NCBI GenBank assembly: GCA_013821985.1 | Contig: PNJQ01000009.1 | Coordinates: 840 to 64,839, forward strand | Length of the DNA stretch: 64,000 nt | DNA from: Opitutus sp. | GTDB taxonomy: Bacteria; Verrucomicrobiota; Verrucomicrobiia; Opitutales; Opitutaceae | Direction: 5' to 3' | Shown: in pieces, positions 9,607 through 19,553 of the stretch | Position numbering within the stretch: the first letter of the stretch is position 1 | Layout: every line of letters starts with the position of its first letter | Position numbers and translations under genes: made by a program | The notes under the pieces: model-generated | What the model saw: the letters and a program-made list of their open reading frames with translations, nothing else | What the model was told of the DNA's origin: nothing | The model's database searches: none

Positions 9607-10455
9607 TCAACGGCGTTCGCCGGGCCCGCCTCCGCCGATCGTCAGCCACATGCCCCCGAGCACGAGCGCGCCCGCCGCAGCGAGCTGCCCCGTGAACGGC
9701 TCGCCGAGCACAAAGACGCCAGTGACCGCGGTCAGGACCGGCACGAGCAATTGAAACATGCCGGCTTCGAGCGGTGAAAGCGCGGGCAGGACGCGCGCCC
9801 ACAGCGCATAGGCGAGCGCGGTTGTGAACGCTCCCATGCCCAGGCCAAGGGCCAGGCCGACCGGCGTCCACCGGAGGACGTCGCGCTCCACCCACGCGAG
9901 CAGCGGCAACAGCAAAGCCACTCCGACGAACGCGCGGGCGTTGGCAATCAATGGTGCTCCGCGTCTTCGCAGCCCGAGCGAATACGCACCCCACGTCGTG
10001 CCGGTCAGCGCCAGCAAGAGCACGCCGATGGGCGTCGTGCCCCGCACTTTGCCGAGCGCCAGCAGCGCCACGCCCGCGAGTGCAATCAACGCGCCCGCCG
10101 CCACCCGTCGCGTCGGTTTGGTTCCGCCTGCCGCCATCGTCACGATCACAAACGCATAGAACACGAACGTGCCCGCGGCCGCCGTGATATGCCGGTAGCC
10201 GTAGGCGATCGCGAGCGCGTAGCCGCCGAGAAAAACGATGAGCGGGCCGTCCACTGCGCGCGGCAGCGCGTCGCGCGCGCGACCCTGGCTGCCGAGAATC
10301 AGCCCGAGCATGACCGCACCGGCGGCAAACCGCGCCAGCGTGACGGCCGCCGGGTCGAGCAGCTGCCGATTGACGAGCAGGCGCGTCAGCAAGCTGTTGG
10401 CGGCAAAGCACGCCATGACGAGGAGCACGAGCAGTAATGTCTGCGGTCGGATCAT
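9607..10455 (-). CDS. DMT/EamA family transporter
   Basis: About 10 TM helices; FAANSLL.R, YALWA.VLP, QLLVPVL, GEP motifs. Confidence 0.88.
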   Translation of the reverse strand: MIRPQTLLLVLLVMACFAANSLLTRLLVNRQLLDPAAVTLARFAAGAVMLGLILGSQGRARDALPRAVDGPLIVFLGGYALAIAYGYRHITAAAGTFVFYAFVIVTMAAGGTKPTRRVAAGALIALAGVALLALGKVRGTTPIGVLLLALTGTTWGAYSLGLRRRGAPLIANARAFVGVALLLPLLAWVERDVLRWTPVGLALGLGMGAFTTALAYALWARVLPALSPLEAGMFQLLVPVLTAVTGVFVLGEPFTGQLAAAGALVLGGMWLTIGGGGPGERR

Positions 10456-10575
10456 TGCTGATGCAGGCATGAAGGCGCGCTGCTGACTGGACGCGACCGT
10501 ATTCCCGCCGCCCGCGGCGTGCAGCCCCGGCTTGCAGGGGCTGCACGCACTGTCATGGTCGGCCGAAATTCCCCA

Positions 10576-12405
10576 ATGACCGACTCCCCTGCTGCCGTCC
10601 GTCCGAGCCCTTTGGATTCCCCGCGCGAAGCCGATTGGCTGGCCAACATCTACCAGCCCAACGCGACCAACCTCACGATCCGCGCCGTCATTGTCGGCAT
10701 GCTGATTGGTGCGGTGATGAGCCTCTCGAACCTCTACGTGTTTTTCAAAACCGGCTGGAGCATGGGGGTCACGCTCACGGCGTGCATCTTGGCGTTCAGC
10801 GCGTTCCAGTTGCTGCAGGCGGCGCGCGTGGTGAAGAAACCGCTCGGCGTGCTCGAGAACAACGCGCTCACGACCGTGGCGTCCGGCGCCGGCTACATGA
10901 CCGGTGGCGGCAACATGGCGGCGTTCGGCGCGCTGCTGATGGTGACGACCGTGCGACCCGACACGATGTCCATGATCGCGTGGTTCGCGCTCATCGCGGC
11001 GCTTGGCGTCTTCGCTGCGATTCCCATCAAGCGTCAGCTGATCAATCACGAAGGCCTCGCCTACCCGACCGGCACGGCGACCGCGGAAACGATTCGTTCG
11101 ATCCACGAGGCGGCGTCGGGCGCCGGCGCGAGCAAGACCAAGTGGCTGGCCGGCTCCGCCGTGTTCGCGGCGATCCTCACGTGGTTTCGCGACGCCTGGC
11201 ACTGGATCCCAGGCACGATTCCGCTCCCGCTGACTCTCGCGGGGCGTTCGCTCGCCGAATGGACGCTTTCCATCAAGGCGGAGGTCGTCCTCGTCGGCGG
11301 CGGCGCGTTGATGAGCTTCCGCACCGGCTGGTCGCTGCTGCTTGGTGGCGTGCTGACCTATGGCGTGCTCGCGCCCTCGCTGGTGGAACGTGGCATCGTC
11401 ACCGCCGTGAACTACAAATCCATCGTCGCGTGGACGCTCTGGCCGGGCGCCGCCATCCTCGTGGCGTCGGGCCTCACGTCCTTCGCCATCGACTACAAGA
11501 GCATCGCCCGCTCGTTCACGGGCCTGACCCGCATCTTCAGCGGCGGAAAGAAAGCCGACGAAGGCATCGCCACGCTCGAGTGCCCGGAATGGTGGTTCCC
11601 CGCGGGGTTCGCCGTGCTGTCACCTTTCGTCGTGTTTCTCATGGTGTGGCTGTTTCAGATTCCGCTCTGGGCTGCACTGATCGCGATTCCGCTCGCCGTC
11701 GTCATGGGCTTCGTCGCCGCGCGCGTCACGGGCGAGACCGATGTGACGCCGACCAAGGCGCTCGGGCCCGTCACGCAGATGCTCTACGGCGTGATGACGC
11801 CCGGAAATCTTTCGGGCAACATCATGTCCGCGAATGTCACGGGTGGGATCGGTCTGCACGCTGCGGATCTGCTCACCACGCTCAAGACCGGCTGGCTGCT
11901 CGGCGCCAAACCGAAGCATCAGCTCTACGCGCAACTCTTCGGCGTGGTCGCAGGTGCGATCGTCATCGTGCCGGCGTTCAACCTCATCATCCCCGACCCG
12001 TCGCTGCTCGGCGGCGAAGCCTGGCCGGCGCCTTCGTGCGTGGTCTGGGCGGGCGTGTCGAAAGCCTTTTCCGACGGCATCGGCGCGTTGCACGCCACTT
12101 CGCGCACCGCCATCGTCGTCGGTCTCGCGCTCGGCGTCGCTCTGGCGCTGCTCGAACGATTCGCGCCGAAGCCACTGCGCACCTACGTTCCCTCGCCGTC
12201 CGGCCTCGGCATCGCGATGGTGATTCCGGGCAGCAATTGCATCGCCATGTTCCTCGGCGCCGCGCTGGCCGAAGTGCTCCGCCGGGTTTGGCCGAAGTTT
12301 GCCGACAAGACCGTCGTGCCGGTTGCTTCCGGGCTGATCGCGGGCGAAAGTCTGATGGGCATCCTGATTGCCCTGTTGATCGTCGGCGGCTTTATCGCCA
12401 CGTGA
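10576..12405 (+). CDS. OPT/YSL family oligopeptide transporter
   Basis: LTIRAVIVG, ENNALTTVAS, LAYPTGTATA, GETDVTP, LKTGWLLGA, SGLIAGESL. Confidence 0.92.
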   Translation: MTDSPAAVRPSPLDSPREADWLANIYQPNATNLTIRAVIVGMLIGAVMSLSNLYVFFKTGWSMGVTLTACILAFSAFQLLQAARVVKKPLGVLENNALTTVASGAGYMTGGGNMAAFGALLMVTTVRPDTMSMIAWFALIAALGVFAAIPIKRQLINHEGLAYPTGTATAETIRSIHEAASGAGASKTKWLAGSAVFAAILTWFRDAWHWIPGTIPLPLTLAGRSLAEWTLSIKAEVVLVGGGALMSFRTGWSLLLGGVLTYGVLAPSLVERGIVTAVNYKSIVAWTLWPGAAILVASGLTSFAIDYKSIARSFTGLTRIFSGGKKADEGIATLECPEWWFPAGFAVLSPFVVFLMVWLFQIPLWAALIAIPLAVVMGFVAARVTGETDVTPTKALGPVTQMLYGVMTPGNLSGNIMSANVTGGIGLHAADLLTTLKTGWLLGAKPKHQLYAQLFGVVAGAIVIVPAFNLIIPDPSLLGGEAWPAPSCVVWAGVSKAFSDGIGALHATSRTAIVVGLALGVALALLERFAPKPLRTYVPSPSGLGIAMVIPGSNCIAMFLGAALAEVLRRVWPKFADKTVVPVASGLIAGESLMGILIALLIVGGFIAT

Positions 12406-12427
12406 GCCGTTGGCTCCGTCACCCCGC

Positions 12428-12458
12428 CCGTCACCGGAACTTCGGTGACGGATTTCTT
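12428..12458. terminator. Hairpin between convergent genes, probable intrinsic terminator
   Basis: CCGTCACCG-GAACTT-CGGTGACGG followed by ATTTCTT. Confidence 0.55.
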
Positions 12459-12479
12459 GTCGTCGGGGGCTGCGCGCCG

Positions 12480-12836
12480 CTACTCCAGCCAGCTGCCGCC
12501 GAGCCAGAGCAACGTGAGCAACGCAACGTAAGTGAACGCCGACATCGCGCCGACAAACATCAGCGCGAGTGCGAGAAGTCCCGGGCCGTCCATCGCGCTG
12601 CTGCGCGCTTTCTTCGCGCGCAAGATTCCCCAGATCAACCCGACGAGACTCGCGAGCAGCACTGCGCTGCTGCGATACGGCGCCGTTTCCGCAGTGCCGA
12701 GTTCGCCCGATTGGGCGAGCGTGTAGAGCACGGCAGGGCCCAAAACCATTCCTCCCATCAGCGCGAGGCCGCTCTGAATCAGTGCGCGGCGGCGGAAATC
12801 AGACTCAGCCTGATTGGAGCGATCGTGGTCTTGCAT
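12480..12836 (-). CDS. Hypothetical small membrane protein
   Basis: Three hydrophobic segments and a twin-arginine-like RRRALIQ near the N-terminus; fills the gap downstream of pssA. Start uncertain. Confidence 0.5.
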   Translation of the reverse strand: MQDHDRSNQAESDFRRRALIQSGLALMGGMVLGPAVLYTLAQSGELGTAETAPYRSSAVLLASLVGLIWGILRAKKARSSAMDGPGLLALALMFVGAMSAFTYVALLTLLWLGGSWLE

Positions 12837-12942
12837 GGCGCGTCGAGACGACCACACCGGCGAAAAAATGCGAGCCGAAGCGTGCCGAGCACCAAGAGCC
12901 ACCGCTGTCGGTTCAGACTCTGGTGAGCGCCACGACAGCGAA

Positions 12943-13581
12943 TCAGATTTTTGGCACGCGAATCGTGCTGATCATGGCGCTGCCGCTGAGCGCGTAGAGA
13001 ATCGTGAGGGGATGCAGCACCCAGCTGCCGATGGTCCAGGTCCCGAGCCAAATGTCACCCGGACGGAGCTGGCCGGCGAAGTGCAGACCCGCGAGCAACA
13101 GCACGATGAAGACGCTCGTGGGAATCGGCGTGCCTTCGAAATATTTCACCTTGCCCGATTCGTCTGCAAGGTCGGAGGCGGTGGCGTTGAAGCGCGCCAG
13201 ACGGCTGATGCCGCACGCGACGAAATAGAGCAGAATCACCACGTCGAGTTCGCCGCGCAGACCGGCCGCGAAACCGACCGCGGCGGGTGCGAGGCCGAAC
13301 GAGATGACATCCGCCAGCGAATCGAGGTCGGCGCCGAGAATGGATGACCGCCGCCGCCAGCGGGCCACCCGACCGTCGGCAAAATCCAACACCAGCGCCA
13401 CGGGCAGCAAGGCCATCGCGAGCACGAGCCAGCGGGCTTCATGCGTCACGAGGTATTGCATGGCGGCGAGCACCGAGCCGCTGCCGCACGCGCCGTTGCC
13501 GAGCGTGAGGAAATCCGCGGCGACGAATGAGCGGATCATCGAGAAGCGTTTCGGGCGGGCGGGCAGTTCGGGGTTGGACAT
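12943..13581 (-). CDS. pssA: CDP-diacylglycerol--serine O-phosphatidyltransferase
   Basis: CDP-alcohol phosphotransferase motif DFADGRVAR...LG..LDSLAD; RLARFN; FEGTPIP. Confidence 0.9.
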   Translation of the reverse strand: MSNPELPARPKRFSMIRSFVAADFLTLGNGACGSGSVLAAMQYLVTHEARWLVLAMALLPVALVLDFADGRVARWRRRSSILGADLDSLADVISFGLAPAAVGFAAGLRGELDVVILLYFVACGISRLARFNATASDLADESGKVKYFEGTPIPTSVFIVLLLAGLHFAGQLRPGDIWLGTWTIGSWVLHPLTILYALSGSAMISTIRVPKI

Positions 13582-13739
13582 GGCAAGTGAGTGGTCCCCG
13601 CGACCGTAGCGTTCCGCGCAGGAATACGGCAGCTCAAAAACCCTGACGGTGGCCGAGGCATTTTCAGTCGAATTCCCGTGGTTCGCCCGGTGCGATTACC
13701 CGATGCGTTCTCTCCTCCGCAATCGCGCCCGGCACACGT

Positions 13740-14159
13740 TCAGACGTGGGCAATCCACTGGCGCACGAAGCCCGCGAGCGCGGGCAGGTTTCGTTTCAAC
13801 TCCACACCGACACCGGCGGTGAAGAGCACGCGGTCCTTCGCCAGCCAGCGCACGAGCCCGACAGGCGCAGCGACATCGAGCGGCGCACGGCCACGCGTCT
13901 TCGCTCCGAAGTGAAACACGATTTGCACGCGGTCGTGCGAGCGCAGATGGACGGTCGCAAAATACTCCGTGGTGCGAAAGCTGATGGAATTCCACTTCAC
14001 GCCGTCCGTGATGGACCGATCGACTCCCAGAATCGTTTTTCGCACCGCGAGAATCCCGCTCTTCAACGGATGTTCGAGCTGAGCGACGAACGCGGTGATT
14101 TCCGTTTCCTGGGCGGCGGGGCGCGACGACGGCGCAGATTTTCGGCGCGGGGAGTTCAT
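13740..14159 (-). CDS. DUF1801 (YdhG-like) protein
   Basis: LEHPLK, R..IL, VKWNS.SF, FHFGAK. Confidence 0.8.
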   Translation of the reverse strand: MNSPRRKSAPSSRPAAQETEITAFVAQLEHPLKSGILAVRKTILGVDRSITDGVKWNSISFRTTEYFATVHLRSHDRVQIVFHFGAKTRGRAPLDVAAPVGLVRWLAKDRVLFTAGVGVELKRNLPALAGFVRQWIAHV

Positions 14160-14311
14160 GGTCGTCGCAAGTCATGCAACAAAGCGGTGCGTTGCGCAGG
14201 CACGAAGAGCAGAAAGTTGCGCAGATTGATTTCGGGCCCGCAAGAATCCGCGTGCTCCCGCTTGCCCGCTCCCCCGGTCTGCCGCCAGATTCGCAACCAA
14301 GGACACCTTTC

Positions 14312-16033
14312 ATGAATTCTGCGCTGTCTCGGCTCGCCATGATGTTTCTCTCCCTGGTTTCGATTGCATCGTCCGCCGGCGCCTCGCCGGACTTCGGTCC
14401 GAACGTGATCGTCGTCGATCCCTCGACCCCGGATTTGCAGGCCCGGCTCGACGCGGTCTTTGCGGAGCAGGAGCGCAGCGAATTTGGCCCCGGACGCTAC
14501 GCCCTTCTCTTTCGGCCGGGCGATTACCATGCGGATGTGCAGGTCGGCTTCTATACCCAGGTGCTTGGGCTCGGACGCTCACCGGACGACGTGCATATCT
14601 CCGGTGCGGTTCGCGTCACCGCCGACTGGAGGGAGAATCGCAACGCGACGCTCAATTTCTGGCGCGGAGCGGAAAATCTCGCTGTCACGCCGACGCGCGA
14701 GAACGGCACGAACGTCTGGGGCGTTTCGCAGGCGACCGCGCTGCGCCGCGTGCATGTGCGCGGCAACTTGGATCTCTGGGCCGGCGGCTGGGCGAGCGGT
14801 GGATTCATGGCCGATTGCCGCATCGACGGACAGGTGAATTCGGGCACGCAGCAACAGTGGCTCTCGCGCAACGTCGAGTGGCAAAACTGGATCGGCAGCA
14901 GTTGGAACATGGTTTTTGTCGGCGTCACTCGGCCGCCCTCCGGCACGTGGCCGACGCCCCCTTACACCGTGGTGGAGCGGACTCCGGTGAGTCGGGAAAA
15001 GCCGTTTCTGCGCGTCACCGAGCGCGGCGGCTACGAAGTCTTCGTCCCGGCCGCGAATCCGCGCGAGTTTCGCGGCATTACGTGGGCCGATGCCCCGACG
15101 CCAGGACGCGCCGTGCCGCTCGATGAATTTCACGTCGCCCGGGCGGAGCGCGACACCGCCGCGACCCTCAACGCCGCCCTCGCAGCGGGGCGGCATTTGT
15201 TGTTCACGCCCGGAATCTACCGGCTCGATGCGCCGGTGAAAATCGAACGGGCGGGCACCATCGTGCTCGGAATCGGCTATGCGACGCTCCTGGCGACGCA
15301 CGGCAATTCGCTCCTCGAAGTCGCCGACGTTAACGGCGTTTCCCTCGCCGGCTTGCTCCTCGAGGCGGGTGAGACCGCATCGCGCGTGCTGCTCGAAATC
15401 GGCCCAGCGGGCTCGGACCGATCGCACGCCGCCGATCCCATTTATCTGCACGATGTCTATTGTCGCGCCGGTTCGTCGATCGCGGGACGCGTGCACACGT
15501 TCGTGATCGTGAACAGCCACGACGTCGTCATCGATCACACGTGGCTCTGGCGGGCCGACCACGGGCCGGGCGCCGGGTGGGAAAAAAACGTCAATGCCCG
15601 CGGCCTCGTGGTGAATGGTCGCGACGTCACGGTTTACGGCCTGTTTGTCGAGCACACCCAGGAATACCAGACGCTGTGGAACGGCGAAGGCGGGCGCGTT
15701 TTTCTTTATCAATGCGAACTGCCCTATGATCCACCAAGCCAGGCAGCGTGGATGAACGGCCCGCGTCGCGGCTATGCCGCCTACAAGGTCGCCGACCACG
15801 TGCAAACGCACGAGGCGTGGGGCCTCGGCGTCTATGCCGTCTTGCGGAACACGCCGGTGATCCTCGACAACGCGATCGAATGTCCCGTCGCGCCCGGCGT
15901 GAAGTTCCACCACATGATGACCGCGCGGCTCAATCGCCAGCCCGGCAGCGGCATCGCCGCGGTCATCAATGGCGAAGGCGGCGAGGTGGTCACCGAATTG
16001 CGTTCCTGGTTCGACGAGTATCCGCGTCACTGA
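14312..16033 (+). CDS. Secreted GH55-type exo-beta-1,3-glucanase (bacterial laminarinase-like)
   Basis: PDFGPNV, NFWRGAENL, WGVSQA, SGGFMAD, QQQW, WLWRADHG, GLFVEH, QCELPYD (catalytic Glu region). Confidence 0.85.
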   Translation: MNSALSRLAMMFLSLVSIASSAGASPDFGPNVIVVDPSTPDLQARLDAVFAEQERSEFGPGRYALLFRPGDYHADVQVGFYTQVLGLGRSPDDVHISGAVRVTADWRENRNATLNFWRGAENLAVTPTRENGTNVWGVSQATALRRVHVRGNLDLWAGGWASGGFMADCRIDGQVNSGTQQQWLSRNVEWQNWIGSSWNMVFVGVTRPPSGTWPTPPYTVVERTPVSREKPFLRVTERGGYEVFVPAANPREFRGITWADAPTPGRAVPLDEFHVARAERDTAATLNAALAAGRHLLFTPGIYRLDAPVKIERAGTIVLGIGYATLLATHGNSLLEVADVNGVSLAGLLLEAGETASRVLLEIGPAGSDRSHAADPIYLHDVYCRAGSSIAGRVHTFVIVNSHDVVIDHTWLWRADHGPGAGWEKNVNARGLVVNGRDVTVYGLFVEHTQEYQTLWNGEGGRVFLYQCELPYDPPSQAAWMNGPRRGYAAYKVADHVQTHEAWGLGVYAVLRNTPVILDNAIECPVAPGVKFHHMMTARLNRQPGSGIAAVINGEGGEVVTELRSWFDEYPRH

Positions 16034-16080
16034 TTCGGGCTTGCGCTTCGCCCGCCGCGGACGGCAACGTGCCCCTCCCC

Positions 16081-16407
16081 ATGTCCCAGCCCACCTGCCC
16101 GGCCTGCACGCTCGAAGACATCATCAGCCATTCCGACAAGTGGGAGTGCGCGACTTGCGGACACGAATGGCCGAAAGTCTCCGCGGCCGAGGCGGCGCGC
16201 GTGTGGAAAGATGCGAACGGCACGCCGCTGGCCGACGGTGATACCGTCGTGTTGATCAAGGATCTGAAACTTCGCGGCGGTTCGGGCGTTCTCAAGGGCG
16301 GCACCAAGGCGAAGAACATCCGGCTCGTGGACGGCGACCACGACATCGATTGCAAGATCGACGGTGTCGCGATGGCCCTGAAGTCCTGCTTCGTGAAGAA
16401 GGCTTGA
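16081..16407 (+). CDS. YjdM/PhnA zinc-ribbon protein
   Basis: CPAC..CATCGHEW, KDANG..L.DGD.V.LIKDLK, DHDIDCKIDG, LKS.FVKKA. Confidence 0.9.
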   Translation: MSQPTCPACTLEDIISHSDKWECATCGHEWPKVSAAEAARVWKDANGTPLADGDTVVLIKDLKLRGGSGVLKGGTKAKNIRLVDGDHDIDCKIDGVAMALKSCFVKKA

Positions 16408-16422
16408 CGCGCGAACGCGTGC

Positions 16423-16725
16423 TTAGAGGCCCGATGTCTCCGGCGGCGGAATGCGGCGCGCGGGCACAGGCGTGATCTCGAGATAGACTTTGGTCGCGCC
16501 GCCTTCAGCGATGCGATCGATGCCCGAGGCAATTTCAGCGAGCGCGCAAGGGGTCGCCGTGGTCTCGCTCGTGCCGATGCGGCAGGTGAAGTCCCAGCCG
16601 CGAAATCCCTCCTGCGGCGGACGGCGGCGCGCCCGTCGCAGCGCCTTGTTTACTTCGTGGCGAATCTTGTCACGCACGCGTGCATCGTCCTTGCCGGGAG
16701 CCTGGAGCGGGAAAGTCTTCTTCAT
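16423..16725 (-). CDS. DUF6172-like small protein
   Basis: MKKTF.L, K..RR.RR, WDF.C..G, YLEI pattern. Confidence 0.7.
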   Translation of the reverse strand: MKKTFPLQAPGKDDARVRDKIRHEVNKALRRARRRPPQEGFRGWDFTCRIGTSETTATPCALAEIASGIDRIAEGGATKVYLEITPVPARRIPPPETSGL

Positions 16726-16879
16726 CGCCCTCACCGTTGACGCGTTCGTCGGCGAGACAACGCGAATAGTTTTCCGCAACCGCGATGGCTGTTTACATCC
16801 CCGGGGAGCCCGCGATATTGGCGCTGGCCGGCGGGGGCACTTCTCCCGTCGCCATCAACCTCCTCCAAAGAAAAATCCC

Positions 16880-17023
16880 ATGGGCGATCGCTCCCCGAAA
16901 TCCACGCAAAAGAACGCTTCACAGAAACAGGCCCGCACCAACGTTGAGGCGCAGCGCAAGCAAAGCCTCATCACCTCGCAGCAGGCCACCAAGGCCAAAG
17001 CGGCAGCGGCCAAGCGAAAGTAA
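16880..17023 (+). CDS. Small basic hypothetical protein (47 aa)
   Basis: MGDRSPKSTQKNASQKQ...KAKAAAAKRK; own C-rich leader and GC-biased codon use. Confidence 0.6.
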   Translation: MGDRSPKSTQKNASQKQARTNVEAQRKQSLITSQQATKAKAAAAKRK

Positions 17024-17118
17024 GCTGGCGCACGGGCGCGACGGCTCGGCCGACTCGCGCACCACTCCGCTTTGAGAGTGCGCCCGCGCGCTCCTCGCAT
17101 TCAGATGGGGGCGACATC

Positions 17119-17478
17119 ATGTCCGCCCCCATCCTCGTTTATACTTACGCGAAATGCAGCACGTGCCGAGACGCCACGAAATGGCTGCGTGCGCGGGGCG
17201 TGAACTTCGTGGAGAAACCGATCTACGAGCAACCGCCGACCGTGCCTGAATTGCGCCGCATGCTGGCGCTGCAGGACGGTCAGCTGCGCCGTCTGTTCAA
17301 CACGTCCGGACTCCAGTATCGCGAACGCAATCTCGCGGTGAGGCTACCCGCCCTGAGCGAGGCCGAGGCGCTGGCTCTGCTCGCCTCGGATGGCCGGCTC
17401 GTGAAACGGCCATTCCTGCTGGGTGATGATTTTGGGTTGCTTGGATTTGACGCGACGCGTTGGGACGCCGCGCTGTGA
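17119..17478 (+). CDS. ArsC/Spx/YffB family protein
   Basis: CSTC, FNTSG..YR, LVKRP. Confidence 0.9.
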   Translation: MSAPILVYTYAKCSTCRDATKWLRARGVNFVEKPIYEQPPTVPELRRMLALQDGQLRRLFNTSGLQYRERNLAVRLPALSEAEALALLASDGRLVKRPFLLGDDFGLLGFDATRWDAAL

Positions 17479-17560
17479 GGTGCGGCCGGTGAACACCGGG
17501 AGCGCGCGCCCGGCGTTGGCCTGATTCCTCGCTCGCCGCCGGTCATGGCAGTCTCGCGTC

Positions 17561-18415
17561 ATGCCCGAAAAATCATTTCCCCCTCAACAGCAAAGCCAGC
17601 CCGGTCTCGAATCACAGATGACGCCGCGACCGCAGGCGGAGAAGCCCGGCCACCGCGGCTCCGGCAAGTTGCAGGACCGCGTCGCGATCATCACCGGCGG
17701 TGATAGCGGCATTGGGCGAGCGGTGGCGATCGCGTTCGCGAAGGAAGGGGCCGACGTGGTGATCTGCCACGTCGATAAAGAGCGCGATGACGCGCGCGAA
17801 ACCGAAAAGCTGGTGCGCAACGAAGGTCGCCGGGCGCTGCTGCAGGCGGGCGACATCGGCCGGTCTGACTTTTGCCGCGAAGTCGTGGGCGCAACCCTGC
17901 GTGAATTCGGCCGGCTCGACATCGTGGTGAACAACGCTGCGGAGCAACACGTCGCCGAGAATCTCACTGACATCACCGATGAGCAGCTCGAACGCACCTT
18001 TCGCACCAACATCTTCGCGCAATTCTACCTGACGCGCGCCGCCCTCCCGCACCTGAAGAAGGGCGCGTGCATTCTCAACACGACGTCGGTCACCGCCTAC
18101 GCCGGCAGCCCGAAGTTGCTCGATTATTCGTCAACCAAGGGCGCGATCGTCGCCTTCACGCGTTCGCTCTCGATCAATCTCGCGCCGCAAGGAATTCGCG
18201 TGAATGCGGTGGCACCCGGACCGATCTGGACACCGCTGATTCCGGCAACGTTTCCGGAGGAGAAGGTCGAGACATTCGGCAAGGACACTCCGCTCGGCCG
18301 CGCCGGCCAGCCCTCGGAAGTCGCCGGCTGTTTTGTGTTTCTCGCATCCGACGATGCGAGCTACGTGACCGGACAGGTGCTGCATCCGAACGGCGGACGG
18401 ATCGTCAACGGTTGA
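17561..18415 (+). CDS. SDR oxidoreductase (general-stress YhdF/YghA-like)
   Basis: Q-rich N-terminus, TGGDSGIG, NNAAEQ, YSSTK, VAPGPIWTPLIP. Confidence 0.92.
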   Translation: MPEKSFPPQQQSQPGLESQMTPRPQAEKPGHRGSGKLQDRVAIITGGDSGIGRAVAIAFAKEGADVVICHVDKERDDARETEKLVRNEGRRALLQAGDIGRSDFCREVVGATLREFGRLDIVVNNAAEQHVAENLTDITDEQLERTFRTNIFAQFYLTRAALPHLKKGACILNTTSVTAYAGSPKLLDYSSTKGAIVAFTRSLSINLAPQGIRVNAVAPGPIWTPLIPATFPEEKVETFGKDTPLGRAGQPSEVAGCFVFLASDDASYVTGQVLHPNGGRIVNG

Positions 18416-18513
18416 GCGCGTTGGATCCGGTCCGACACTCGGGTCCGCTCCGCTCGAAAGTCGGACCATTTGAGTAATGGCGGCGAGCGCGCCGTCCGGC
18501 TAAGTTCTGCGCC

Positions 18514-19515
18514 ATGTTTACGAACGCCGAGCAGCGCGCCGTTTTTGCCCTTCTCCTGCATGCCGCTCTGGCCGACGGCAATAAATCCGAAGCGGAGCGC
18601 ACAGCACTGCGCCGCATGACCGAGAGCTTCGCCGCGGGCAACGGGACCCCGTTCAATCCCTGGGCTCTCTACCAGGAGGTGCTCGGTGGAGCCTATCCCC
18701 TGGCCAAGGCGGCGAACGACCTGCTGCGGCCGGAGGCTCGGCTCCTTGCCTACGAAATGGCACTTGGCGTCTGCGATACCGATGGCCCGCCCAACACCGC
18801 GGAACAGGATTTTCTCGCTCAGTTGCGGCGCGCGCTCCAACTGCCCGCCGAGTCCGCGGCCGCGGCGGGAGTCGTCGCCCAGTCGATGATCGCGGATTTT
18901 CCCGCGGGACCGTCAGCCGTTGCACCGGCGGTGACGCCAGCAGTCATTGCAGATGCCGCTCGCGCCACCACGCTGGCGCCGATCGATACCGTGGCGTTGG
19001 AAAAATCCATTTTGAACCACTCGATTCTCAACGCCGCGCTTGAGTTGCTGCCGCAGTCGCTCGCGACCATGGCGGTGGTTCCGCTGCAGATGAAGATGGT
19101 TTATGCCGTCGGCAAGGCGCACGGCTACACGCTCGATCGCGGCCATATCCGCGACTTCATCGCCACCGCCGGTGCCGGCCTGGCCGCGCAAGCGGTCGAA
19201 GGTTACGCCCGCAAATTGATGGGCGGGCTGGTGGGAAGCCTTTTGGGCGGCGGCATGATGGGCGGCATTGGTCGCGCGGCCGTCAGCACGGCCACCGGAG
19301 CCGCGGTGACTTTCGCGGCAACCTACGCGATCGGCCACCTGTCGCTCCGCTATTACGGTGGCGGCAGGCGCATGGAAACTGCGGTGCTGCGCGATACCTA
19401 CCAGAAACTCCTGGGCGATGGACAGCGGCTCTTCGGGACACACCGCTCGGCCATCGAGCAGCGTGCAGCCACTCTCAATCCCGCCGACGTGATTCAAATG
19501 GTTCGCCAGCCGTAA
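18514..19515 (+). CDS. TerB-like N-terminal domain fused to a DUF697/YcjF-like C-terminal domain
   Basis: AALADG..SEAER, YEMA..VC..DG...AEQ.FL..L...L (TerB-like); LELLPQSLA..A.VPLQMKMVY; Gly-rich helices. Confidence 0.65.
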   Translation: MFTNAEQRAVFALLLHAALADGNKSEAERTALRRMTESFAAGNGTPFNPWALYQEVLGGAYPLAKAANDLLRPEARLLAYEMALGVCDTDGPPNTAEQDFLAQLRRALQLPAESAAAAGVVAQSMIADFPAGPSAVAPAVTPAVIADAARATTLAPIDTVALEKSILNHSILNAALELLPQSLATMAVVPLQMKMVYAVGKAHGYTLDRGHIRDFIATAGAGLAAQAVEGYARKLMGGLVGSLLGGGMMGGIGRAAVSTATGAAVTFAATYAIGHLSLRYYGGGRRMETAVLRDTYQKLLGDGQRLFGTHRSAIEQRAATLNPADVIQMVRQP

Positions 19516-19553
19516 GGCGTGAACCCCCGGCACGCCGCAGCCGGAACGAAAAT

